Origin: Catajapyx aquilonaris
Taxonomy: Eukaryota
NCBI GenBank assembly: GCA_000934665.2
Contig: JYFJ02002977.1
Coordinates: forward strand, 1-47,986
Length of the DNA: 47,986 nt
Direction of reading: 5' to 3'
Below the pieces are notes generated by a model that did not search any database, was not told where the DNA came from, and was given only the letters and a program-made list of their open reading frames with translations. Made by a program: the position numbers and the translations under genes. Numbering within the stretch: position 1 is the stretch's first letter; every line of letters begins with the position of its first letter. This document shows positions 1-11,587 of the stretch, piece by piece.

Positions 1-79
1 GTTGCCACTGTTTACAAATCGAGTGAGTGACGCTGACGACCCGTCGCACTCACTCACTCGATTTGTAAACAGTGGCAAC
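1..79. repeat. Perfect 30-bp inverted repeat (hairpin), probably the centre of a foldback MITE that starts before the window
   Basis: 1-30 GTTGCCACTGTTTACAAATCGAGTGAGTGA is the exact reverse complement of 50-79. A Tc1/mariner-like terminus (...CACCCTG-TA) lies at about 206-214. Confidence 0.8.
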
Positions 80-230
80 AATGGAAGCGCTCTCCATGGG
101 CTGATGTTCGAATTGGCCCGCCGGACGGGGTTGCCAGGTAACGGGCTACAATATAAGCAGCTTAGGCTGAATTTGTCAATAACTAAAACGACAAAAAAGT
201 TTGATCACCCTGTATATGATCCAAATAATT

Positions 231-479
231 GAAGGGGTCGGTGCAATACCGCCCTAACCCACCAAATGACACAAATTGAGTTAAGCACACTTCCATGTAC
301 TACACTCATGTATCTAATAAAATCCATTGAAATTGTGCAATTTCTGCCATCGGTCACTGAGAAATCAAATGAAATAAGTCACATGGTATATGGGATGTAT
401 ATGGCCTCTCAAACTTTCAACTGCAGTTTTCTCAAAATCAGGTTTGGGAGGGTTAGGGCAGTATTGCACCGACCCCTTC
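231..479. mobile_element. MITE with 30-bp TIRs and AATT flanks
   Basis: GAAGGGGTCGGTGCAATACCGCCCTAACCC (231-260) pairs with 450-479 with 1 mismatch. AATT sits at 227-230 and 480-483 (candidate 4-bp TSD). Confidence 0.8.
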
Positions 480-982
480 AATTGCTAGAATATAAAGCGA
501 GTTCCAACGGAAATATCCCTGGTGGTTAAGTGATTATTTTTTTTGCCTTAAGCAGATTTTTAAAGCAGCTGCTTTAGAGGATCAAACAGATTAGCTGCAT
601 AGCTATTAGTTGTAATGTATACCTTGTCAAGATACAAAGTTAACTGGAATATGCCAAGCGTTCCGTACAGGGCACACCTGCACAGTTGTTACTTTTTTTT
701 TTTTTTGCGCTAGTTCTTCTTCTGCACTGGCAATAGGCGTGGGTGCTTCAGTAGAGTCACAGCTAATGATACAAGTTCAAACTTGTTCCGTATTGCTTCA
801 GCTTTTCAGATTACAGGTGTTTGAATTTTAACTTAGGAAAAAATGGCTGCACCTTCCTGTTCCGAATATGATTAGTAATTAATTCTAGAATGTTGATTGT
901 TATGAGGTATTTATTGTTTGTAATACTTAGAAAACTGATAAATAATGATGTCAATATGTAAATTGAAATATAAGCATATATT

Positions 983-1026
983 TTACTTTCCTTGCCTGAG
1001 AGTAGTGTTGAAATCTGGTGATGCCT
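983..1026 (-). CDS. Candidate terminal coding exon of the CHMP4 gene
   Basis: Good acceptor (CATTTGCCTCTTGTGTTCCCCAG) in phase 1, matching the donor at 2626. It reads (K)ASPDFNTTLRQGK-stop. It shows no recognisable homology, so the call is uncertain. Confidence 0.35.
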
Positions 1027-1127
1027 CTGGGGAACACAAGAGGCAAATGCACCCACATTTGGACAAGTAAACTACCGTATGTGTGTGGATTTTGTTCGCC
1101 TTGTTGAACTGTATTTTAAGGTGGTGC

Positions 1128-1562
1128 CAGGGAGCATATACTACACAAGAGGCGCAAACTTCTGTCGGCGCCTTGGTTGTTCGCGTCTCTCTGTTTATAG
1201 GGCGTTGCCAAGGCTGGCGGCCATCTTGACGTGTGTGGTATGCCAACGAGGTATAAATAGGGTACAGGCAAAAATAAGGTCCGCCATATTTGATGGTTTT
1301 GGCTGTCATGGCAATACACGGCAATAACAATTTACTTACCCATTTTCCAATATCGAATTCAAATTCGCACGTGTTACTGCCGTGTATTGCCATGGCAGCC
1401 CAAACCATCAAAGATGGCGGACCTTGACGGCCTGCCTGTACCCTATTTATACCTTGTTGACATACCACACACTTCAAGATGGCCGCCAGTCTTGGCAACG
1501 CCATAAACAGAGAGACGAAAAAAATCGAATGTTTGCGCCTCTTATGTAGTATATGCTCCCTG
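1128..1562. mobile_element. Foldback MITE with CAGGG termini and a 7-bp TSD (P-element/hAT-like ends)
   Basis: Almost the whole element is self-complementary (CAGGGAGCATATACTACACAAGAGGCGCAAAC ... GTTTGCGCCTCTTATGTAGTATATGCTCCCTG). Direct repeat GTGGTGC at 1121-1127 and 1563-1569. Confidence 0.85.
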
Positions 1563-2197
1563 GTGGTGCAGTAGCAAAAAAATACACTAACAATGAAGCC
1601 CTTGGCAATGACCCAAACAAACTCGCTTATGCAAGGCAGCATATGGTGGATTCGACATGTCTACATTTTTGTGGACGTACAACCGCAAAAATGGTTCAAT
1701 CGACATAGAAATTGCATCAAAAAATAGTAGATGAAGTTAGCGGAAAACGACGCTTTCGAAACGTTCATTTGAATAACATGGCGGCAGAAATCGCGTGAAA
1801 ATCAGACACATTTTTGTGGACATTTTAATGTCCACAATTTTATTGCAATCATGTCCAGTATGGTATCATTGTAAAGGCCAAACCTTTGCGCAGGTTCCCT
1901 AGGTCGTGCTTTTCCAGATTAACGCCGCGTTTCGCCACAAAAAAAATAAAATTCCCTCAAAAATGCGCCTACCGTATTTTTGCTAATGCACCATAATGAG
2001 TCCATATAATTAAAATGAGATTACATGGCAACGGGTTACCATGGAAACAATGTTTGTTGTTGTGGCTTTCTCATACAACCAATACATTCATGCAATCCTC
2101 TGGTAACTGGTCAGGTCATAGGACATTGATACTAGTTGTATGGTACATCTTAATTATCTTCTGCTATTAATAATAATTTTTACTGCACAATGAGCAT

Positions 2198-2596
2198 TTT
2201 ATTATTATTATTATCCTCATCATCATCATCATCACGATTATTGTTATTATTGGCTACCCCATGCTAGGAGCCATTGGCTCTCTTAGGGGGGTGGGACACC
2301 ACCATATATTTTCTATTTTCTTTTTTCTTTTTTCTATGAACTCCGGTGCAGGGAATCAAGGACACTGGGTAAGGCTAGAGATTTTTGGGGAGGGGACATC
2401 GGACATGGGTGCAAGTGCATTGTCTCAAATTGAGCCATGTGCAGTCCCCCAGGTTAGGTTGCCAGACACCTCCAAGGCGCGGGTCAGAGACCCTCCCGAC
2501 GCAGGTGAAAGGTAGCTCCCAGGCGGGGATCGAACCTGGGACCTTCCACTCAGCAAGCCGAGATGTTACCATCTCGGCCATCGCACCTCCCCACAT
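2198..2596 (-). mobile_element. tRNA-derived SINE, family A
   Basis: The minus strand shows A-box TGGCCGAGATGG and B-box GGTTCGATCCC, with an (AAT)n/(GAT)n tail. Candidate TSD AATGAGCAT at 2189-2197 and 2597-2605. A related copy lies at 42683-43001. Confidence 0.85.
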
Positions 2597-2626
2597 AATG
2601 AGCATATAGTAAAATGCAACACTCAC

Positions 2627-4999
2627 TAGTAGTTGCTGCTGGTACTTGAGCAGGAGGGGATGGCAGTCGTGACTCAACTGGACCCAGGTCCACAAGTTTA
2701 TCTGAGAGCTCTTCCTCTTCCAATTCTTCCAGTTCCCTCTCAAGCTCATCCTGAAGAGAGAGAAAAGTACACAACACATCAAATATAAAAATAAGGTATC
2801 AGTTGAAGTTACTATTGAATATCTGCCCTGGCTTTACATCTTTTGCTTTACAACTTTTTAAAGTGAGAAGCCATTGGTAATTCTGTTTATTTGCTTAATG
2901 AAATACTTGTTGGTTTTTATAAAAAAATAACTTCCAGACTGTCCAGAAAATGCTTTATGCCAAACACTTCTGTGGACTCCCCAGGTTGACCTTACAACTG
3001 TTCCCATTTAAATTAATGAAAATAGGGCCTTAGCTTTACAAATGTTCATCGATTGGGCAGCTTCCACAACACAAATATGCCCTAAGTAGCAATAAATGCA
3101 TCACACATACTTCATCAATGACTTCGCCAAAATTGAGTGGATTAGATATTGCTTCAGCCAATTCCCTGGCAACGTCCTGAGCTTCAGCCATCTCATCCAT
3201 CATGTCATGTAGTTTGTCAAGGTCACTGTAAAAGCACAAGTGTGGTTAGAAACAGTCACATAAAGATGCCAACATTTGTTTCATGGCATATTAAGGGTGC
3301 ACTCTTACAACAACCTAATGGACTCTTTAACAGCAACAATGACTCGTATTGTAGAAAGTGATACAGAACTCCAGGTCCATCTTCCATCAGGATACTCAAT
3401 GGCCTAATCTGGGTGAGGAATATCAAAATCTTAACCACTTCCAAGAATGACTGTTGTATGACACTTAGACAAATGCAGCCACCCACCTTAAGCTGTGTTC
3501 CCAAGCTGGCAAGAATGAGCTTTTTGAGCAAATTTGACACTTGTTAGATTGAGTGAGAACACTGAGAAGCCATGGACGAATGGGGTTTGATAATATATTG
3601 GCTTCTTGTTCTCATTCACACAATTTTGAATCTGATCAACTCTTGCGGGCTTGGGAGCACAGCCTTACACATTAGTCTGGAACACGGTCATATAAGTAAG
3701 GTCTGGTCACTCCCACCCACCCCCTGCCGGGGCGTTTTGCAGCGGGCGCTCACCTGAGACCGCCAGGAGTCATTTCGGAGGCCCTTGGCGGAGGCCACGA
3801 CGACAAGTGGCGACCCTACCAGACTAAGGCTGAACTTTATAGGCACGGGGGAGGGCTCAGGGAGGGCTACATTGGGGGGCCCAACATGGCCGCCGGCGGC
3901 CATGTTGGGCCCCCTTTGTACCTATAAAGTTCAGCCGTAGTCCGGTAGGGTCGCCCCTTGTCGTGGCCTCCGAAATGACTCCTGGCGGTCTCAGGTGAGC
4001 GCCCGGTGCAAAATGCCTCGGCAGCTGATAACGCCAGAATGTAGTATAAGTGTCCGTGGGCTGGTCTGGAATATATGTAGAAATAAGTATCAGATTATAG
4101 CCAGTGCCGTGTGTTTCGGTCAATGTCATCTCTATGTCGTTAATGGTTGGGTTTTCCACATTTCTCAGTCCCATCTTGAGACTTGTTTTGGGCCAAGAAG
4201 TCCAGCAGAAAGTTGACCTCGAGTTCTGACTCACACTATATATTACAGATACAGTATTGTTGCTAAGAATAAAAGAACACTTCGAAACACGCATTTGTAC
4301 TATGTTAGAACTTAAAATCGATATTCATGCCTCTCAGGAGGTTTTTAACAATGAATAAACAGCCACATCGCAGCCATGGCAATTTATAAAAGCTGATCAC
4401 ATAAGTGTTGCAATTTAATTGTAAGAGTGAGTTAGTGTAACTTATCTCTTTTGGCTGCATGTGACTGGCAAGCACGCACTGATCTCAGCAGATAACATGC
4501 CATGAAATCAGACTGTTACTTAGTAATTGAAAACTTCAGTCATATCAGTCCAATGAGCATTAATTAGCAGCAATTTGATGCCATCTTGTGGATGAAGGTA
4601 AGTGCTTACAGTATAGTACGATTATAGTACTAACATTTCCTTATGGACTTTAGTGAGGGTCTTCCCTGCAAGGTGCATGGTGTTGAGGACAGCAGTGTTG
4701 GTTTTTGCATCCTCCAGCGCTTCCCTTTGCATCTCCAAGGTAGAAAGCGTTCCATCGATCTGCTGCAGTTGCTTCTCAAAGCGCTTCTTCTTCTTCAGGG
4801 CTCTCAAGGCCCCCTGCTTATTCTTAGATTTCAGGTTTTTTTTGGCTTCCTGGATCTCCTCCTCAATTTTCGTCTCAAGAAACTCCTGCTTCTTTACCAG
4901 CATCTCTTCCGTATCACGCAGCCCTTGGATGGCTTCAACTGTTGTCAGAACGTTCTCCTCCTTTTTCCCTCCACCCCAGATCTTGCTCAGAAAACTCAT
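2627..4999 (-). CDS. CHMP4: Charged multivesicular body protein 4 (Snf7/shrub, ESCRT-III), three confident coding exons
   Basis: Exons 4999-4635, 3225-3111 and 2750-2627, with GT-AG introns in phases 2, 0 and 1. The translation has Snf7 hallmarks: EAIQGLRDTEEMLVKKQEFLE, EKQLQQIDGTLSTLEMQREALE, HDMMDE..EAISNP, DEDELERELEELE and a MIM2-like RLPSPP. The last exon is uncertain. Confidence 0.93.
3724..4024. mobile_element. GC-rich foldback element in a CHMP4 intron
   Basis: Arms at about 3724-3846 and 3918-4024 are reverse complements. There is a perfect loopless 40-bp palindrome at 3875-3914. The true ends and TSD are not defined. Confidence 0.7.
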
Positions 5000-5185
5000 T
5001 TCAGCAGGTTACCTGTAAGGTTTCAAACAATTTGTTACAAACTTGAAATTCAGAAGCAATCAGGTTCACATATACACTCTTCGTATTTACTAAAGGATGA
5101 CCAATGTTTGAACTAAACAGTGCTTATCTGTTTCTTCCTAGTTAGGAAGCGTGCATAGAAACACTCAAGGGCAACTCCATATTAA

Positions 5186-5652
5186 CCCTTAACTACGTAG
5201 GTGGGTGAAACACCTTTAACTACGTAGGTGGAGCCTGAGAGGCTCCAATGGTATATTTAAATTTCTGCTTATCAACTAAATTGTTATATTGGACTTTTCA
5301 CATACAGAAAGTGCAGTTCAGATCATTAGGCTTCCAAACACATCAAAATCACACGCTGAGTCAGCATAGTCCGACAGGGAAAATGTTTAAATTAAAAGGT
5401 TACATGTTTGAGCCGGTCAGGCTTCACCTGAGATATAGAGACTGAGCGGTTCCAGGAGGGACCTGTTCCTCGTTACGAATTTTTTAAAACCAAAGAATAT
5501 AGGGACTAAAAAAAATTTCTTTCCTTTTCATGCTTAGGAAGGTTTTTCTGACAAAGTCACGGAAGGACAGGGGAAAATAAAATTCAATGAAAAAGTTACA
5601 TGCGTTTAAATAGTGCTTGGAGCCTCTCAGGCTCCACCTACGTAGTTAAGGG
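5186..5652. mobile_element. piggyBac-type non-autonomous element
   Basis: TTAA at 5182-5185 and 5653-5656. TIR CCCTTAACTACGTAGGTGG ... CCACCTACGTAGTTAAGGG. The left terminus is partly duplicated (about 5212-5248). Confidence 0.85.
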
Positions 5653-6609
5653 TTAAGTCAATCACCCTTCAGACCTGTGCCCCACTAATTTTTATAAAAC
5701 TTGGCACAATGGAAGGTGTCACAAAGTTATAAAACTGGGCCAGGTTGTATACTAATTGACACACTGGTGCATGCATGGGAGATCCAAGACGTGACATTTG
5801 GTGAGTGCATGTGACACCTATTCTTACTTTTTCATGAATAACTGTTTTCTATGGCATCAACATAGAATCCCACTCTTAAAAAGCTTTCAAATATTGTACC
5901 ATTAATGTATCAGTCTATACAAATACATACTTAGAAATTATTGCACTTAAGTAAGAGTAGCGATGAGCAAAAATTTCTGCTCTCTGAATGACTTAGGGTT
6001 GGTCTGTTTGGGGTACGGTACTAGGACCTTGCCATCTGCATAGCACACCTATGATTATTGGGTAAGGGAGATAAGTAAGGGACGGTTAGGTAAGGTTACA
6101 TAACCTAACTTTTCCTTTCCTAACCCACTATGAATGTGTCGTAAAGTATGGACATGGAGACTGTCCTAAAATTATCCTACGCTGCCATGGCATTGTCTTT
6201 CTGACACCTCTTGGGCTTGGGACTACACGACATACCAGTACTCCTAATTTTTCCAGTAAAGCACCACGGATCTGTGGTAATTGGGTGTGAACGAGCCTTG
6301 CATGCCAAATGAAAATTGCACATGAAATTAGAAATGGCAGATCCACTTTCACACCATAATTACAGTTGCTACACTAATTGGTGCAAGACAATAAATATGT
6401 GGTCTCCCCTGCCGGACCTTGCTTGAAATGTGCACGTAAATGAAACACAACGATATTTGATGAGACCAGACCAATCACCCATCAAAGACAATAACCTGTC
6501 GCGACACGGCGTGGCTCCAGACCTGGGCACTGAGGGACACCAAGAAGGAATGGATGAGTAATTCTCACCTGGGGGGCAGGCCTCCCCAGCACTCTCCCTC
6601 ACGCCTCAC

Positions 6610-6840
6610 CTGTCCTTCCTTCCTTCCTTCCCGCCTGCTGTCTGCTTTCGGGTGACTCGGTAGAAGGAATCGCCTGAGCGGAGGATGACCTCACCAGCCC
6701 GGGGGCCCCTGAACCTGACCGAGCGCACGTCACAAGCAAAATCACGAGACACGCTCTCTCTTGAACGGACTTTCATCCAATGTGCTCATCGGGGATCGTA
6801 CATTTGGCAACGACGCCAACGGTCTTCCCCTATTGGTGAC
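6610..6840 (-). promoter_or_regulatory. Probable promoter and non-coding first exon of CHMP4
   Basis: GC/CpG-rich island with donor GACAG|GTGAGG at 6610/6609. The ATG-containing exon begins at acceptor CCTTACAG| at 5012, which implies an upstream UTR exon. Confidence 0.45.
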
Positions 6841-7384
6841 CACAAATAATAAGTTTGAAATTAAACCGTACTTGTTCTCTCAAAATATATTGATCTTAAT
6901 TTTTATTTCCATATTAAAGGCAATAGTGGGTAACTTAAAATACCGAAAAATGCAGTCTCTTGTTTTCATTTCAGGATAATGATTGTAATAGGGATGACGG
7001 AGTGATAGCATCGTCGGGGAGAGGGAGCATTTTTTGAAGTTTTCCTAATCATACTTTGTGAGCGAATCAACTAACCAGTTAAGAAATACAGTATACTGTG
7101 TGGCAGATTAAGTAGTCAAAGGCACAGCAGTGTGGACACAGTAGGTGTGGGGAAAGTGCCACTAAAGTATACTAATACACAAGTGCAAGCTCTGCAAATG
7201 GACACCACAATCACTTCCTGTTAGCCAAACTGCACTGTACTTTTAAAATCCCCACTTTATTATTAGATGTAACTGACACAATCGCCTTGTACCGGTTTTT
7301 GACAAAGTTCAGCTTCAGTAAGACATTGAAATTGCTGAGACACTACGCATTTACATTCCAACATCACAGAGTGACATTCACGGG

Positions 7385-10300
7385 TCAGTTGAGTGTTTTC
7401 AAAGGATTGAGTTTCCACTCAGCAGCCAGCTGCTCCTGTAACAATAAAACATACAGTAAAAGATGCACAAGATATTCCCTATTGTAACTTATTACCATGG
7501 CTGTAATGAGTGAGGAGTGATAAGGAATACCTCCAACTCGTTCTACTTCCTTCTCATGTGCCTTTTCTGGGTCACCTGCTACTAGTACTGGCTTGCCTTT
7601 TTCAGACTGAAAATTAAATATATCAATAATGAAATTTCATTTCCTGATGAAGATATTGCATCACGCACTGGTTCGGCACTACGGAGATCCAACATAAAAC
7701 ACCCCAGCCGGTCCTCAAATCCTGGAGCAAAGCACTTTGGGTCAATTGCCATAAAACATTGGGAGAGCCCAGCATCAGCAGTTAAGTCACCATATTTGCG
7801 AATGTGAGGTCCAAATGTTCCTCCTGAAATTCAAATATTTCAATATTATACCAGGTATACAGGTATATTATAACATGACTTTTTTCTTTCTAGAAAAATA
7901 TTCGCATAATATTTTGGTATTATAAGCAGATAAAAAAATATATGAATGGACACTATCATCTGAATTGATCTCCATACTGATCGCCCTTAGACATTATGGC
8001 GACCAAGACATTATCAAATGTGATGGAACAAAAAGCGCTTCTCTCCCATTTGTTAAGACACAAACCTGTGTCCTTATATTTGTCACGAGCACCCTCCTCC
8101 AAAGTAGTAAGTGATACATGAGCTCTTTCACAGACCAATATATTACGAAATAATTGAATCTGTCATTTTGAAAAGGGCAATATTTACATGACAAGGGCAT
8201 TGAATCTTGCCCTTTTCAAAATCACCGATTCAATTGTGATAGCAGTGAGGTCCCGAATTCCTACAACATTGGCTTCTATTTTCACAGTTGAGTAGTGGGA
8301 CCTAGGATTATTTATTAGTACTGCTCTAAACATCAGAAGCTTGCCATGATTAAATAATATGTTACATGACAAAGATTTTCTTAACTGGAATGTAGCAATA
8401 CATTCATTACTTTGGAATTACATGGTATCCTTATTACCTCCAAGAATGCCACAGAATATGTCCATCATCATGGAAAGGCCATATCCTTTGTATCCAGATG
8501 AAGACTCAGAGCCACCAAGGGGTGTAAGGCCTCCTTTGTCAATAGCCACAGCTGGATCTTGTGTTTCCATACCATCTTGGTCCACTCCCCATCCTGCTGG
8601 CATCTCTACTCCTGCCCTCCTTTTTAGCTCCATCTTCCCCAATGCCACACTTGTGTTTGCCATGTCCAGTACAAAGTCATCCTTGCCTTTCCCAGGAGAA
8701 GCCATAGAGATGGGGTTGGTTCCAACCATAGGCTGAACATATATGCAGGACACACAATCAACTTTGTTTACAAGACTGGTATGAAAACATTATTAAGTAG
8801 TGGATTACTTCAAGTTAATTAATTACTGTGCTCAAAAATATGGCAACTGTACAGTGGTCATGCAGTTGTTTTATTCATATGTGAACCTCCTTTGCTTTGC
8901 TCAGATTTGCATTGTTAAGAGTCCCCAACCTCGAATGAAGAATTATTTTCTACCACCACAATATCATTGTATTATGCAGTTACAGTACAAGTATTACCAT
9001 AAATCTGTGAACTTTCCAGAGATTACTTACTCATTGAGAAGAGAATGGAGTGCCTGTGATTGTTACAAAAGGTACAATTAGCATAAGAGAACTTTTTGTC
9101 CCACACCAGGCTCAGTGGATGCATGAAAAGCCCTTACTGACAAACTTAAATTCTGTGTGTATGTGCTAGTTGTTTGGCATCCTCCATTCATGTTCACTAT
9201 GAATATATTGTTACCTCTGGCAGCCTTACCTTTCTGGCCCTGGTTGGCACTAAGTAGGGAGATGCATTGGTGCCTGACATTCCAATCATTCCTTCTTTAG
9301 AGGCCATCATAGGGTACCAACCACAGATCCCAAAGTGGTTGGAATTCTTTGCCACCACCCATCCCACTCCTGTCTCTTTTGCCTTCTTCAGAGCCAATTT
9401 CATGCAGAAGTCACCTACCACAAATCCCAATCCATTGCAGCCATCAACCCAAGCAGTGGAGGGGCTCTCCTTTAAAACTTCAGGTATGGCAGAAGGATTG
9501 CAAACACCAGCTTTAATTTCCTTCAGATATAGTTCTGCAATGAGACATAGACTGGGGCTTATTCCAGTCATCGAGGAAGCTTTCTGTCAACATGAAATGA
9601 ACTCACTGCTGCAGAAACTTAATATCAGGTGTAGCTTTTATTAAATGACTGCTTCAGTGAAAATGGCCAGTACTACACATTTGCTAGGAACTGCTATTTA
9701 TAAATGTTCCTCAAGTCTCCCCTATTTGTCATACAATGCATTTTTATCAGTGGTGATAGCACATTTTTTATTGGCTCCCAACTGATGTAGTTGAGTTCAA
9801 TAGCCTTGCAAAATGATATTTCCAATATTTAAGAAGAATCCTTAGGTTACATGCATTCCTTATATTTTTATTTAATCAACTTATATTTTTATGCAAACTC
9901 TGTTTCCAATTTGTAATATTAATTGGTTACTGCATGTGTCCTTTCAGGGGATCCTCTTTTCAACATTCCACTTAATTTATCACTTCTCATCTTCATCATT
10001 TCTGACAAGGGGTCACACTACAGTCACATTGCTAGCAGTGACATCTCTGGGTCGAATTTTGGTCCCACTGCTAGATACTGCTAACTTAGCAGTATAATTA
10101 GCAGTGGGAGGAAAATTCGACCCTCTGTTTATAAAATGTCCTGGAATTTGGCTTTGCATGGCCTACATTCCTTACAAGCAGGACAAGAGAAAATGAATGA
10201 GCTACAGGCCAATTCTCGGCATTCTTCACACTCACCAAGTCTGTTCAGTCCATGGCTGTAATGCCCCCGCCTGTCAGCTGCTGCTAGAACTTCTGCCACA

Positions 10301-10407
10301 AGCTCAGCATGGCTGCAAGGAGTCCCAACAGATTGCAAGCCTTCCTTAATTAATCGTTTCACCTCAGACTCAGGAACCACATGCTCAGTATTAGCAAGAG
10401 ATGCCAT
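7385..10407 (-). CDS. Ldh_2-family (malate/L-lactate/sulfolactate, YjmC/AllD-like) dehydrogenase, paralog A, about 362 aa
   Basis: Exons 10407-10236, 9534-9230, 8732-8438, 7823-7669, 7606-7496 and 7435-7385 are all GT-AG and in frame. Motifs: GHYSHGLNRL, VDGCNGLG, NSNHFG, GTNP, LDMA, GYKGYGL, VAGDPE. Minus-strand AATAAA at 7256-7261. Confidence 0.92.
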
Positions 10408-11587
10408 TGCTCGTTAGAAATGATATATCTCAGCCGAAGCTAACAATCGTGTCAAGTACTACTCTTCCAAATAGCTGCTCTCCCAACTATGACCATACAG
10501 ATGATGTGAGTGTGTCCAAAAGCAGCTTATCCTTGCACAACTTATTCCCAGGCCTCCAAAGGACAAGGTTCAAATTGTTGGATATCAAGGTCACAAAAGC
10601 TTTGCAATCTAATAAGGATTAGAAGAGACTTACCATTTGCTTCCCCCCTCTGTTCAAATTAACTTGATCAAAAGCAATGCTACCTTCTCAACTATATTTC
10701 CACAATGAGCTGTGTATTGACATTTGGGGCAGCTACATTCAACTCCACTTTAAATGCACTCAATAACATTTTGAAATAATTAATAACAATACATCGCTTA
10801 ATAGGGACTTATCATGCAAAAATATAATACAGTATAATTATATTATATGTCAATAACTGTAATCTGCAGCTACAGTCACTTTCCAGCTGGGATTTTTTAG
10901 AACGTAAGAAGATAAGTCTAACATAAACCATATCAGCTTACAAAGATGGAGTTTATCTTTGTGTGCTTAACATATCACCACATAACAGTGCACCACATAA
11001 TACAAGCTTATCCACAGTTATAATCTGTCAAAAATTATTAACAATGAAGATATAAGATTTTAACGGCGGTTTTAAGTAGGAATGCATTAGAATGAAACTA
11101 AATGAAACTGTATCAGTTATCTTTGCATAACATCTTATATAATGATAGTTTCATCTGTAGATCACAGAATAATAGCATCCAGTTTGGTCATCACAGTGGC
11201 TTACAAGTTAGTGGTCAATGCCACTGCTTTCCACCTCTGAATTCCTGAGTTAGAACCCCAGGTTGGACAGAAAAACGAAGTTTAAATGGGTTCTCTCTAT
11301 GTTTGCATATAGGTTTCCATAGGAGTTCTCTCTTTTTCCCACATTCTCCAAATCCATCATGAAAAGAGTCAATGAATAAAGTTGGAATGTTAAAAGCCTC
11401 TTCTATGTGTAGCCTACATTGTGTACGTGGAAGTAGAAAAATGGTTTCATAATCAATAGTGCAATACATCATGGAAATCTAATTAGTGTATGTTAATAAT
11501 GTAACAATTTACCATATTTCTGCACGTTTATGCATAGTGTGACTTCCTGTACCGATTTATAAAGTTTGAAAAATGCACAAGACAATT

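Noticed and set aside
983..1642. 219-aa minus-strand ORF with internally mirrored peptides
   Set aside because: It runs through the foldback MITE at 1128-1562, and the mirrored peptides come from the inverted repeat.
2510..2596. tRNA-like sequences (also about 31770-31845 and 42683-42765)
   Set aside because: These are SINE heads: they continue into a shared body and tail with TSDs, and I could not fold a proper cloverleaf.
4643..5116. Plus-strand ORFs of 157 and 121 aa
   Set aside because: Antisense shadows of the CHMP4 exon. The same applies to the plus-strand ORFs over the dehydrogenase exons.
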